Source of the DNA: Phoronis australis
Taxonomy: Eukaryota; Animalia; Phoronida
Direction of reading: 5' to 3'
Assembly: GCA_002633005.1 (NCBI GenBank)
Contig: NMRA01000068.1
Location: 823,092-887,091 of the forward strand
Length of the DNA: 64,000 nt
A program made the translations under genes and the position numbers. Of this stretch, positions 63,301 through 64,000 are shown piece by piece. The stretch's first letter is position 1. Each line of letters begins with the position of its first letter. The notes beneath the pieces were generated by a model that did no database searches, was not told the origin of the DNA, and worked only from the letters and a program-made list of their open reading frames with translations.

Positions 63301-64000
63301 TGGTAACAATTTCGTGCAAACTTAACACATAAATCCATTGTTTTGGCTCCAAAACCATGATGTTCATCTGTCATTGACATCTGCTAAGCTGTTCAAAGCG
63401 GTGTGCTGTTGCATCCAAGGGCACCAAACAATTGCATATACTTGCACCGAATTATCCGAACAAGCAATAGTATTATACCTACAAGCTACATTTATTATGA
63501 AGATAATTTTATGCTCAGGCAAATCATTCAAAAGGTTTGTGCGAATGAGTTGTATATTGCAATAATTGCTAACCACCCACGAGTAAGAGAAAGCATCGTG
63601 TGATCAAAAGGCGTATCACATGACTGGTTATATTCCAACAGACGATGTGAGAGCTGCTGAGACACATTAACGCACGACCGATTCTGTATCGCGAGTGGCT
63701 ACCTTATGATTCATGATCTATGTGGAAGATTCAGTGATTGGTGCGTAAGATTGTCTGCTACCCTTGACATATCAGTTATGAAAACTTGAAAACAATCTCA
63801 AATCATTGCCTCTCTTGCCCATAAGCACTGTCACCTAAAAGACAACCCATAAAGATCGTAAAACGCTCTCCAGTGCCAGGACAGCACGGGTTGAGTTTTG
63901 AAACAAACTGAGCAACTGAAGCATTCAATGATTGGGAAAATACTTAACCATCTTAGCTGCCTCATCAAGATTATCACATGGCAGTATCTTCAAATCTGAG

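Noticed and set aside
61000-64000. Short ORFs and a possible SECIS-like hairpin near 63335-63375
   Set aside because: No recognisable protein, and the hairpin lacks SECIS core geometry. The region may be the 3' UTR of a gene outside the window, but I cannot support that.

Overview
AT-rich, intron-containing animal genomic DNA; the repeat content suggests an invertebrate, but the species cannot be determined. Three host genes can be rebuilt by hand with GT-AG introns in consistent phase: the last two exons of MPDU1 (+, 698-1372), a complete five-exon TFAP4/AP-4 bHLH gene (-, 18337-6544, 361 aa), and SLX9/FAM207A (+, 49591-60319, possibly missing an exon in the N gap). The ~31 kb between TFAP4 and SLX9 is a nest of transposable elements: an Academ-type element with TAG...CTA ends and a 3-bp TSD, a Kolobok-type element, a spliced Mutator/CaRF-like fossil, Harbinger- and pogo-type MITEs, a DD35D pogo transposase, a solo LTR and a LINE. 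Helentron-type and Penelope fragments lie in SLX9 introns. The best leads are a cluster of AP-4's own CAGCTG site across the TFAP4 locus, an orphan bidirectional housekeeping-type promoter at ~35.3 kb with a TOP-like spliced non-coding transcript and weak C/D snoRNA candidates, inverted LTR copies bracketing SLX9 exons, and a CATG-ended mini-transposon with 5-bp TSDs. All come from reading by eye. I found no clear-cut novel multi-gene system.
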